Below, piece after piece: positions 1 to 9,644 of a stretch of 64,000 nt of DNA. Source of the DNA: Planktothrix sp. GU0601_MAG3. Lineage in GTDB: Bacteria > Cyanobacteriota > Cyanobacteriia > Cyanobacteriales > Microcoleaceae. The stretch covers positions 832,001-896,000 of the forward strand of contig CP136572.1 in the NCBI GenBank assembly GCA_035193785.1. Reading direction: 5' to 3'. The notes under the pieces are model-generated. The model was not told where the DNA came from. It saw only the letters and a program-made list of their open reading frames with translations, and ran no database searches. Position 1 is the first letter of the stretch. Each line of letters starts with the position of its first letter. The position numbers were made by a program, and so were the translations under genes.

Positions 1-467
1 CCGCTAAAAAAACAATTCTGCGTAAAATTCCCCACGCCCTCTATATTTGTGGAGTCAAAGAGGGAGAGGAAGTCAATGGTTTTACCGCCAGTTGGGTCAC
101 TCAAGCCTCCTTCCAACCGCCCTTAGTGGTCAACTGTGTTAAAAATGATTCTAAATCCCATACCATGATTAAAACCAGTGGTGTGTTCGCCCTGAGTTTC
201 TTGGCTGAAGGTCAAAAAGACATCGCCCAGAAATTCTTTAAACCCCAACATCGAGTCGGAAACAAATTTGAAGACGTCGAATTTTACTTAGGAGAAACCG
301 GTTGTCCGATTATTTCCGCAGCCCTGGGTTATGTGGAATGTCAAGTGGTGGGTTGTGTCGAACACGGCGACCATACGGTATTTGTCGGGGAAGTCATCGC
401 CGCCGGTGTCCATCAAGAAGCGGAAATTCTCAACCTCGCGAGCACCGGATGGAATTACGGCGGATAG
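1..467 (+). CDS. Flavin reductase family protein (5' truncated by window)
   Basis: Frame open from position 3 (AKKTILRKIPHALYICG...NGFTASWVTQASFQPPLV) into the listed ORF; GDHTVFVGEV motif of flavin reductases. Confidence 0.85.
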   Translation, partial: AKKTILRKIPHALYICGVKEGEEVNGFTASWVTQASFQPPLVVNCVKNDSKSHTMIKTSGVFALSFLAEGQKDIAQKFFKPQHRVGNKFEDVEFYLGETGCPIISAALGYVECQVVGCVEHGDHTVFVGEVIAAGVHQEAEILNLASTGWNYGG

Positions 468-497
468 GTAGGGGAGCACCGATAGATTTAAGAATTC

Positions 498-589
498 CAG
501 GACTTACGCAAAACAACCATATCTAGTAGGGGCGAATGGCCATTCGCCCCTACAGATGGTGTATAATTGGGTATTCTGCGTAAGTCCTG
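498..589. mobile_element. MITE-like element with 13-bp terminal inverted repeats and an internal REP hairpin
   Basis: CAGGACTTACGCA (498-510) and TGCGTAAGTCCTG (577-589); internal palindrome GTAGGGGCGAATGGCCATTCGCCCCTAC (526-553). Confidence 0.7.
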
Positions 590-662
590 CTTCCGGGGAA
601 ATAATAGAAAGCTGGGGAAAGAGAAGTTCAGCCCTCTGGAAATCTTTTTGAGGATTGCTATA

Positions 663-3600
663 TTAATGTTGCTCGGTTTCCATGGCTTGAATAATTTTAA
701 CGGTTTCTATACTAACAGTACAAACCCGCATTAATAAATTAATTACCTGTTCTTTATAGTCCGCAAATCGATAATTATTGAATTGTTTGGCGATAGTTTC
801 GTCTTTGGGTTTTTTCTCTTTATATTGGTCTAATATCCATTCTAAGGCGGAACGATTTCCTAGGCGATATTCCCAGGCGGTTTTAGGAATATCCGTTAAG
901 CTGGTGACGGTATCGAGGATAATTTCATTTTTGATTTTATCGGCTTTTAATTTAGGTTTGGGGTTGGTGATTTCGGTTTCCGAACTATTAACACGGGTTA
1001 GGGGATAGGGGTTAATGGTTTCATAGTTAATATGAAGTTCCATGAGTTGTTTTCCCCACGTTACCCACTGTGGAAAGTTATCATAAAAGGGAATACGAGG
1101 AAAATCCCGTTTTAGGTTTTGTTCATATTTTTGTCGATAGATGGGATTATGTAAAACGGCGTAGGTATAATGGAAGATATCAATTTTTTTAATATCTTTA
1201 TCGTTGTAATGGGTTTGAAATTGCGTTAAACCCCAGTCGGTAATATTATCAATAGGATTTCCTTCTTTATCATAAGAGTATAGGGGTAAACATTGAGAAT
1301 CACCTGTTAAATGAAGGTCAATAATAGTATCGCTTGCTAGACAATGAAAGGGTTTAGGATTTCCTAATGCCAAAAAAGCAATGCTATAATTCACAGTATT
1401 ATTATTTAAAAAAAGGCTTAACCATTGATAAGTTCTACCATTAAAGTGTTTATCAAAATATAAATATTGTTTTAAGTAAGGTCTATATAAACTCTTAACT
1501 ATTTGCTGTTTAGAAAAAGATTTAGAGATTTTTCTTTTTAAATATTGGCTTAAATCGGCATCCCATTTAATACTAAACTTATCTTTGTAATCATTATCTT
1601 TTAACGTTTCTTGATAAACGCCAATCAAATATTTCATTTTTCGGGTTAAATTTTCTAAGGACAAATCATAAACCCATTCATCTCGTTGAGTAGCAACTCC
1701 TCTGGAAAATAGTTTAAACACTGCGGTTTCTGCTTTTCCGCTTTTAACTTCTTTATCAATTAATGGTAATAAACTATCAAAATTATTATCAGTTTGATTA
1801 ATCCAGTTATTATTTTCATCGGGTTTATAGTGAATAAAATCAATATTTTGCAATTTATTTTTAGCTAAAAAATCTTTTTTATCCTCTGCTTTAGCATAAT
1901 CATCAAAAGCATGATAAAAAACCTTAAATCCTTGTGAATTTTCATTGCGAATCAAGAAATAAATCGCAACACCAACTCTAATTTGATCACTAAATACATT
2001 ACCTCCTTCCTGTCGTCTTCTTTCGCCACTGTTACGAGCATTTCCTTTTGTATCAATAATCCAAATCTCATTAAATTCTTCTGCAATAACTTTCCTAAAC
2101 CCGTCATAAGCTAAAGCATCAATAAAAGAATTATTGGAAACAAAAGCAATAATACCATTGTGACTTAATCGATCTGACGCCCACCGAATAAAACGGGTAT
2201 ACATATCATAAATAACAATTTGATTTTGAGCTTTCCCATATTTAATATAAGTATCTTTAATTCGTTTATCAACTGCTTGATAATAACGATTTGCATTATT
2301 TTGATTAAAATTTTCTTGTTTAGCATTATAAGGAGGATTTCCCATAATAACCGAAATCTTACGATCATTTTGTCGTTTAATTCTAGCGGTATTTTCCACC
2401 GTCATCGAGAATAAATCTAACTGTTTATCCGCAAAAACCGTATGATCTAAAGTATCCATTAAACAAATATTGTGAAATTCGGCATAATTCCCCATTTTTT
2501 GCAGATAGGTAAACTCAATATTTAAGTTAGCGATATAATAGGGCAAAATTGCCACTTCATTACAATGGATTTCATGCTCGTATTTATAGGGTAATTGAGC
2601 TTTGGGTAAATATTCAATTAATTCAGTAATAAATGTTCCTGTCCCCGTGGCGGGATCTAAAATTTCCACATCCTTATCTGCTAAAATTTTACCAAAATGT
2701 TTATGCAATAAATAATCCGTACTCTCAATCATAAACCGGACAATTTCATTAGGAGTATAAACAATTCCTAACTTATCCGCCGCTTTTGGGTTATAGGCTT
2801 TATAGAAATTCTCATAAACCGCTTTAAGGAATTTTTGCTTTTCGTGATGATTATAAATATTAGCTGCGATGCGTCGAATAACTGCATAATAACGCTCAAT
2901 GGTGCTTAAAGTATTGCGTTTGGTCGCACCCGTAAAAAAAGTTTCAATCACCGCTTGTAACTGACTCGCAATATTATTTTCTCGGTGAAATTGAGACTCA
3001 TTGAAAATATTAATAAAGATATCTTCGGTTAAGATATGCTGAATCATCATTTCTCGGATATCTTCTAAACTAATTTCTGGGTGAATAGAATCTTGACAAA
3101 CCCGCAAAAATTTATCCCGGGCTTGTTGAAAAGGTTTATTAGTAGTAGACTGTTGATCAATTAGCGATCGCAAAGTTTTTAAAATTGTCGGTAAATCTTC
3201 TTGAAAATGGCTAATAGCGTCTCGAAAATCCCGAACTTCTGGACGTAAATAGTTAATAAAAGCATTAATAGTGTTATCCAATGCTTCCGCATCTCGCATG
3301 GATACCCGGAGAATTTCCCCTCCGCCTTGAATTAAAACCGCCGTTTGGGAATCTTCAAATAAAATATTATCATCGGGATAACCTTTCGCCAGTTTCTTCT
3401 CAATTTCTAAATCTAAATTATCATATTGATCTTTACTTTCCCAATAACCATAATCTAATCTGAGAGCATCTTTAATCGTCCCATCAGGAATAACTGTTTT
3501 ACCCTTTTTTGTCTTATATTCTAACTCAGGAATTAAGATAAAATCTTTGCTTCTACAATATTCATTTAACAGGTTGTGAAACGCCCCTCGGATAGAAGTT

Positions 3601-3674
3601 TCCTTGCGACTTCCCCCATATTGAATAATTTGATCAACGTTATTATAATATTGACTAATCAAAAGTTTAGACAT
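663..3674 (-). CDS. Single-polypeptide restriction-modification enzyme (Type IIG/ISP-like: nuclease + N6-adenine MTase + specificity domain, no helicase)
   Basis: PDGT...YWESK resembles PD-(D/E)xK; SAM motif ILDPATGTGTF; catalytic GNPPY; ISP-type C-terminus (YRPY, DFPRIP, YRLGNRSALEWILDQY). Confidence 0.85.
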   Translation of the reverse strand: MSKLLISQYYNNVDQIIQYGGSRKETSIRGAFHNLLNEYCRSKDFILIPELEYKTKKGKTVIPDGTIKDALRLDYGYWESKDQYDNLDLEIEKKLAKGYPDDNILFEDSQTAVLIQGGGEILRVSMRDAEALDNTINAFINYLRPEVRDFRDAISHFQEDLPTILKTLRSLIDQQSTTNKPFQQARDKFLRVCQDSIHPEISLEDIREMMIQHILTEDIFINIFNESQFHRENNIASQLQAVIETFFTGATKRNTLSTIERYYAVIRRIAANIYNHHEKQKFLKAVYENFYKAYNPKAADKLGIVYTPNEIVRFMIESTDYLLHKHFGKILADKDVEILDPATGTGTFITELIEYLPKAQLPYKYEHEIHCNEVAILPYYIANLNIEFTYLQKMGNYAEFHNICLMDTLDHTVFADKQLDLFSMTVENTARIKRQNDRKISVIMGNPPYNAKQENFNQNNANRYYQAVDKRIKDTYIKYGKAQNQIVIYDMYTRFIRWASDRLSHNGIIAFVSNNSFIDALAYDGFRKVIAEEFNEIWIIDTKGNARNSGERRRQEGGNVFSDQIRVGVAIYFLIRNENSQGFKVFYHAFDDYAKAEDKKDFLAKNKLQNIDFIHYKPDENNNWINQTDNNFDSLLPLIDKEVKSGKAETAVFKLFSRGVATQRDEWVYDLSLENLTRKMKYLIGVYQETLKDNDYKDKFSIKWDADLSQYLKRKISKSFSKQQIVKSLYRPYLKQYLYFDKHFNGRTYQWLSLFLNNNTVNYSIAFLALGNPKPFHCLASDTIIDLHLTGDSQCLPLYSYDKEGNPIDNITDWGLTQFQTHYNDKDIKKIDIFHYTYAVLHNPIYRQKYEQNLKRDFPRIPFYDNFPQWVTWGKQLMELHINYETINPYPLTRVNSSETEITNPKPKLKADKIKNEIILDTVTSLTDIPKTAWEYRLGNRSALEWILDQYKEKKPKDETIAKQFNNYRFADYKEQVINLLMRVCTVSIETVKIIQAMETEQH

Positions 3675-3719
3675 AAATCGCCCCTATCCTCAAAACCTAT
3701 TGATCAAAATAGAATCATT

Positions 3720-3815
3720 TACGCAGAAACCTGGTTTCTGAACGAGAAATCACCGATTTAATCCGCAAAATCAGGGAAAGAAACCCGGTTTCTTTGGTCT
3801 TGTGCGTAAGTCCTG
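3720..3815. mobile_element. Dispersed MITE-like repeat with AGAAACCNGGTTTCT palindromes
   Basis: Ends in TGCGTAAGTCCTG like 577-589; near-identical inverted copy at 20232-20323. Confidence 0.65.
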
Positions 3816-3843
3816 ACTGATATAAAACAGCCAGAATTATTAT

Positions 3844-3893
3844 CCCTATTTCCTATTCCCTGTTCCCTGTTCCCTGTTCCCTGTTCCCTATTC
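3844..3893. repeat. Heptamer short tandem repeat (CCCTGTT/CCCTATT)n, STRR-type
   Basis: Direct reading; lies just 3' of the AMIN gene stop. Confidence 0.8.
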
Positions 3894-3894
3894 T

Positions 3895-5332
3895 CTATTG
3901 ATTGACTATAAAGAAATTAGGAGTAGTCAAATCTTGAGTTAACTGAATAGAAATGATTTGACCGGGTTGTAAAGTTGTGGGCGAGGGAGACGTCCCAATC
4001 CCAATTCCCGCCCCAGCAATGGCGCCGACTAAAGCCCCAACTCCGGTAAAACCACTAATTAAAAACCCCGCTAAACTCCCCGCACCCGAACCAATTCCCA
4101 CCCGTTCGGGACGGACTTCTAATGACCCTGGAATCCAGTTAGATTGACCTTGAACCGGGATACTGCGACCGTCTAAATTAATCGCTTGAGCAATAAATCG
4201 ACTACCTTTGGCCGTAGTTTCAAACTCTCCGACAATCGGCGTATCCGGCGGCACAATATAATTGCCCAAACTATCAACAATTCCCCCTTGCAATAACAAC
4301 ACATCCTGACGTTCAGAACGGGGGGTTAAACGCACCTGTTCTTCCGTGGGATAAAGTAAAGTTAAAGCGGTTCCGGTCGGCAGCAGAATCGCCGGAGGAC
4401 GAGGATTAAGATAGGATTGCTGCTGTCCTGGGGGCAAAGGTTGACCAAAGGGAACCGCTTGGGGCAGGGATGACGCTTGGTATGAATAATCCTGTGGATA
4501 CGGGTATGAATTGGCTGGGCGAATGGCGGCCACCGGACGGACAATTGAGGTTTCCAGGGACGGGTTTGGGGGTGACGAAACGGCGGGAAAAAGTTGGGCT
4601 TGGCTAGGCTGACTCACCGGAACCCGCACCACTTCTAGGCTGGAGTCTTTTGTCGGTTGGGGGTTGGGTAAAACCGTCTGCCGGGGGTCGTATTGACGGA
4701 CGGAATATTGGGGGGGTTTTGGGGGTTCCGTCGGCCTAACGGTGGTGGTTTGGGTGGCGGTGGCAGTTTCTGCGGGTGGGGGCGGGAGTTGGAGTTGTTT
4801 GGGGTTGGGCGGTCGCAACGCTATTCGGAGGAGTGGCTGGGGGTTCCGGGGGTAGGGTTTGTAGGGTGGGACGCAACACCCAGAGGTTATCAATCCCAAT
4901 TTGCCGTAAATCGAGGGTTTGGGGGTCAACGGTGATACCAGGGGTGAATTCCACCACTAATTGGGCCTGTTGGGGTTTAGCCTGAATTAAACTGACTTGA
5001 CGAACAACGCCCGTCTCGTAGCGTTCGGTAATATTTACTTTAACTTCCGTATTCGGAAGGTCTAAGATTAGGCGCGGTGGCAGGTTATAAACCGATAATT
5101 GGGGCTGATTCCCCGGCGGCAGTTCGACCTCGATAATTCCCGTGTTGGGGTCAATTTTCCAATCTACAACGGCGGCGGCTCGTGCGGTTAGGGGATGGGC
5201 CGTTGCTAGGGCTAGACAGGCGACAACAGTAGAGGTTCTCAACAGCAAACTCCCATACAACGCGGTCACGTCTGAGGCGACGCAGGTTTGTAGCGTTTGC
5301 TTAAATTTTTGTTTGAAGTTTTGCGCTTGCAT
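3895..5332 (-). CDS. AMIN-domain envelope protein with Pro-rich linker (split by a 1-nt insertion at ~4768)
   Basis: Signal-like N-terminus; AMIN motifs PPRLILDLPNT and VRQVSLIQ; the two ORFs join on removing one base at GAAAC. Confidence 0.7.
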
Positions 5333-5504
5333 GGTTTCTGCGTGAAAACTCTAGTTGATTGATGTTTTATTAGCACATTTAAGGGCAGAATGCAAGTGTT
5401 AAAGTCGTTTTATATCAGTAATAGCCTATGAATTCTGAAGCTCGACCTGGTTTAATACAGGTATCTTATGATTTAAAAAACTGTTAACTATTAACTGTTA
5501 ACTG

Positions 5505-5651
5505 GTACGGGCGGGTTATTTTAGATCTTTTTAATTACCTAAATCTTGATGAACCCGCCCCTACAAATGTTAACTGATGACTGGTACAGACGCGCCATGG
5601 CACGTCTCTACACTGATGACTGGTACAGACGCGCCATGGCACGTCTCTACA
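5505..5651. repeat. REP doublet followed by a tandem 39-bp duplication of a second REP
   Basis: GTACGGGCGGGTT...AACCCGCCCCTAC (relatives at ~12471 and ~18687), then two copies of ACTGATGACTGGTACAGACGCGCCATGGCACGTCTCTAC. Confidence 0.75.
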
Positions 5652-5662
5652 CTGATGACTGA

Positions 5663-6481
5663 TTATGGTCGATACATCCACAGGGGTAAACCACTGGTAG
5701 ATAACTCAAATTCTAGCCAACGGTTAGCGGCAATAATGCTATTTGGGGCTAAACTATTACCAGTCAATTTATTAACAAAAGATTTGGGTTTTTCAAAGGT
5801 GAAACACTGGGTTTTTTTAGGATCAAGTTTCACTAATTCCGCCGCCCAACAGCGAGCATCTTCTTCCGTTCCCAAACGGTCTACTATTCCCAGTTTCACC
5901 GCCTGTTGTCCGGTAAAAATCCGACCATCGGCAAAACTTTTCACGGTTTCGTGACTAAGGTTTCGAGACTCAGCCACGGTTTGCACAAATTGTTGATAAC
6001 TGGTATCAATTAATTCTTGTAAAATTTGCTGTTCGGGTTCGGTTAATTCTCGATCAAAAGACAAAATATCTTTATAGGGCCCAGATTTAATCACCTTAAA
6101 AGATACACCTACTTTTTCTAATAGCCGTTCTATATTATTCCCCCGTAAAATCACCCCAATACTTCCGGTAATTGTTCCGGGGTTAGCCATAATATGTTCG
6201 GCCCCCATCCCAATATAAACGCCACCGGAGGCAGAAATATTACCAAAACTCGCCACAATTTTGACTTTTTTTTGTAACTGTTTCAGAGCACTATAAATCT
6301 CTTGGGAGTCGCCAACGGTTCCCCCGGGGCTATCAATTCTCAATAATAGGGCGGGAAATTTCCGTTCTTCCACGGTTTTTAGGTCTTCTAACACCCGTTT
6401 GCGGGTCTCCGACCCAATGGCGCCATTAATTTCTATGCGGGCGATTTGTTTGCGATAGCTCGGTTTAAATGGCCAAATCAT
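5663..6481 (-). CDS. sppA: Signal peptide peptidase SppA (short form, S49)
   Basis: LRIDSPGG, SASGGVY, TGSIGV, IKSGPYKD and ADGRIFTG motifs. Confidence 0.92.
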   Translation of the reverse strand: MIWPFKPSYRKQIARIEINGAIGSETRKRVLEDLKTVEERKFPALLLRIDSPGGTVGDSQEIYSALKQLQKKVKIVASFGNISASGGVYIGMGAEHIMANPGTITGSIGVILRGNNIERLLEKVGVSFKVIKSGPYKDILSFDRELTEPEQQILQELIDTSYQQFVQTVAESRNLSHETVKSFADGRIFTGQQAVKLGIVDRLGTEEDARCWAAELVKLDPKKTQCFTFEKPKSFVNKLTGNSLAPNSIIAANRWLEFELSTSGLPLWMYRP

Positions 6482-6570
6482 GGGTAATGACAGAACTGTA
6501 TCAAATTAATAATATGATATAAACGGCTTAATAAAAGTATATAATTTTCATCCCTCCTAACTCAACCTTC

Positions 6571-7674
6571 ATGGAGAAGCGAATGCAGCAACCCCAAACC
6601 CCGGCAAAATTACCCTTTCAACCATTATTGTTAATTGCCCCCTTCTTCTTTTGGGGGACGGCGATGGTGGCGATGAAGGGGCTCCTCCCCCAGACGACAC
6701 CGTTTTTTATGGCGGGAGTTCGGTTAGTGCCCGCAGGGGTTTTGGTCATCTTGGCGGGGATATTGTCGGGACGCCCGCAACCCAAAGGCTGGCAAGCTTG
6801 GCTGTGGATCTCGATATTTGGGTTAGTGGACGCCACCCTATTCCAAGGATTTTTGGCCCAGGGGTTAGTTAGAACCGGGGCCGGGTTAGGATCGGTGATG
6901 ATCGACTCCCAACCCCTCGCCGTAGCAATTTTATCCCTATGGTTATTTCAAGAAACCATTGGATTTTGGGGCTGGTTAGGGTTAGCTATTGGGATTATTG
7001 GAATTAGTTTTATCGGTTTACCCGATGATTGGATTTTAGGGTTAATTAATTCGGAATTATTAATCACTTCTACTGACATTTCCCAACTATTTAATAGTGG
7101 GCAATTATTAATGTTATTAGCGGCCCTCTCTATGGCCGTCGGCACGGTATTAGTCCGGTGGGTTTGTCGCTATGCTGATCCGGTGGTCGGAACTGGATGG
7201 CACATGATTATTGGGGGTTTACCTTTATTTGGGTTATCAGCTATTTCAGAAACTCAACAGTGGCAAAATATTGATCTTTCCGGTTGGGCAGCCATGGGCT
7301 ATTCTACCGTATTTGGCAGTGCCATATCCTACGGATTATTTTTCTATTTTGCATCCAGTGGCAGCCTGACCAGCTTGAGTTCTTTAACATTTCTCACCCC
7401 AGTTTTTGCCCTCCTATTTGGCAATTTCTTTTTACAAGAAGTCCTCAGTCCATTACAATCCATGGGGGTCTTTTTAACCTTAGTTAGTATTTATTTGGTG
7501 AATCAACGGGAAACCTTAGCTGAGAAGTTTAAAATCAAAGGTTATCAGGATTTTACCCCCTCTCAAACAGAAACCAATTTATTACAACCAGCAGAGGTAA
7601 ATCCCCTAGAATTTCCCGTAGAAATTCATGAAGTAGAGACAAGCCAAAACCCATCTTTAAACCCTAAACTGTAA
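6571..7674 (+). CDS. DMT/EamA family transporter
   Basis: About 10 hydrophobic segments in two EamA-like repeats (FFWGTAMVAMK; LTFLTPVFALLFG). Confidence 0.88.
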   Translation: MEKRMQQPQTPAKLPFQPLLLIAPFFFWGTAMVAMKGLLPQTTPFFMAGVRLVPAGVLVILAGILSGRPQPKGWQAWLWISIFGLVDATLFQGFLAQGLVRTGAGLGSVMIDSQPLAVAILSLWLFQETIGFWGWLGLAIGIIGISFIGLPDDWILGLINSELLITSTDISQLFNSGQLLMLLAALSMAVGTVLVRWVCRYADPVVGTGWHMIIGGLPLFGLSAISETQQWQNIDLSGWAAMGYSTVFGSAISYGLFFYFASSGSLTSLSSLTFLTPVFALLFGNFFLQEVLSPLQSMGVFLTLVSIYLVNQRETLAEKFKIKGYQDFTPSQTETNLLQPAEVNPLEFPVEIHEVETSQNPSLNPKL

Positions 7675-7692
7675 TTTACTCCAAAATTTCTT

Positions 7693-9515
7693 ATGAAAAT
7701 CGGTGCAAATTATTTAGGCAACAATTGCTGTGAATTTAAAGTTTGGTCACCCTTGCGTGAACGGGTTGCTGTTAAGATTCTATCTCCAGAAGAACGATTA
7801 ATTGATTTAGAAATTGATCCACGGGGATACTGGGGTGCCACGGTTGATAATACCCCCCCAGGAAGTCGTTATTTTTATCAATTAGATGGCAATGTTACCC
7901 ATCCAGATCCCGCTTCCTATTCTCAACCTGATGGGGTTTCATCAAGCCTCGGAAGTAATTGATCAAAATAGCTTTGTTTGGCAGGATCAGGACTGGAAAA
8001 GTATTCCCTTAGATGAATTAATTGTTTATGAACTGCACGTTGGCACGTTTACAACTGAGGGAACATTTACCGCAATTATTCCCCGAATTTCGGAGTTATT
8101 AGAATTAGGAATTAATGCCATTGAATTAATGCCCATTGGTCAGTTTCCTGGCGATCGCAATTGGGGTTATGATGGCACCTATCTCTATGCCCCTCAAAAT
8201 TCCTATGGGGGAGTAGAAGGGTTAAAACAGTTGGTGAATGCCTGTCATCAACAGGGCATGGCGGTGATTTTAGATGTGGTTTATAATCACTTGGGCCCAG
8301 AAGGAAATTATATCGCACAATTCGGCCCCTATTTTACAGAATCCTATCGCACTCCTTGGGGTTCAGCTATTAATTATGACCAAGCCTATTGTCAGGGCGT
8401 GAGGAATTTTATGATTGAAAATGCCCTCTATTGGTTAAGAGAGTTTCATATTGATGCCTTGAGATTGGATGCGGCTGATAATATTTTTGATCTCGGTGCT
8501 AAACATATTTTACAGGAATTAGCTGAACAAGTCAATCAACTTTCTGAACAGCAAGGAAGGAAGTTTTATTTAATGGCTGAAACGGATTTAAACGATGCCA
8601 AATTAATCCGTTCAAAAGCCGTAGGAGGTTATGGTTTAGATGTGCAGTGGTGTGATGATTTTCACCATGCTATTCATACGCTTTTAACGGGTGAAAATAT
8701 TGGGTATTATCAAGATTATGGTCGCTGTGAACAGTTAGCCAAATCCTACCGAGAAGGGTTTATTTATACCTGGGATTATTCCCCTAACCGTAAACGTTTA
8801 CATGGACAGTCGGCCGTAGATTGTCCTCCCGATCATTTTTTGGTTTTTAGTCAAAACCATGACCAAATAGGCAACCGTTTATTAGGGGAAAGGTTAACGG
8901 CTTTAGTCTCTTATGATGCCCTAAAGTTAGCCGCCGCAACGGTTTTATTATCACCCTATATTCCCCTATTATTTATGGGGGAAGAATATGGGGAACCTGC
9001 ACCCTTTCAATATTTTATTAGTCACTCGGATCAGAATTTAATTGAAGCGGTGCGAAAGGGAAGAAAAGAGGAATTTGAGGCATTTCATCTGGCGGGTGAG
9101 ACTCCCGATCCGCAAAGTCAAGAAACCTTTGAACAATGTAAGTTAAATTGGCAATTAAAACGGCAAGGTAAACATCAAGTATTATGGGAATTTTATCAAA
9201 CTTTGATCCAATTGAGGCGGAATATTTTGGCGTTAAAATTGCGCGATCGCACCCATCAAGAAGTTCACGCTATGGAGGAGAATAAATTATTATATTTCCG
9301 CCGTTGGTTTGAAGATAATCAGGTTTTATGTATAATAAATTTTAGCAAAAATCCGGTTTCCTACAGTCCTGATTTAATCGGTAAAACTTGGCAAAAACGC
9401 TTAGATTCTAACGATGAAAAATGGCTAAGTTCCGGGTCAAATTTACCCGAAATATTAACGGAAACTTCAGAACTAACCTTAGTTTCCAGAAAGTTTTGTC
9501 TTGTATGAAACCTAA
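7693..9515 (+). CDS. treZ: Malto-oligosyltrehalose trehalohydrolase (GH13); 1-nt insertions at ~7938 and ~9484
   Basis: YELHVGTFT, RNWGYDG, DVVYNHLGPEGNY, LRLDA, QNHDQIGNR and LLFMGEEY; repaired frame ends ...LYET* at 9515. Confidence 0.92.
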
Positions 9516-9575
9516 TTTTTGAGGGTTGGATTTTCCCACCCCGATTTTCAAATATTCTGTTACAATTTAAAAAAA

Positions 9576-9620
9576 CATATCTTTAGATAGAGGAATAAAA
9601 CCAAAAATCAAGGATAAATT
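9576..9620 (+). promoter_or_regulatory. Putative 7-2-7 activator box and -10 element upstream of treY
   Basis: CATATCT-TT-AGATAGA (9576-9591), 23 nt, then TAAATT (9615-9620); same layout at three other stress genes. Confidence 0.55.
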
Positions 9621-9644
9621 GCATTAACCATTAATAATTTCCTT

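Noticed and set aside
5577..5954. 125-aa ORF with duplicated MTGTDAPWHVSTL
   Set aside because: Translation of the tandem REP duplication running antisense into sppA
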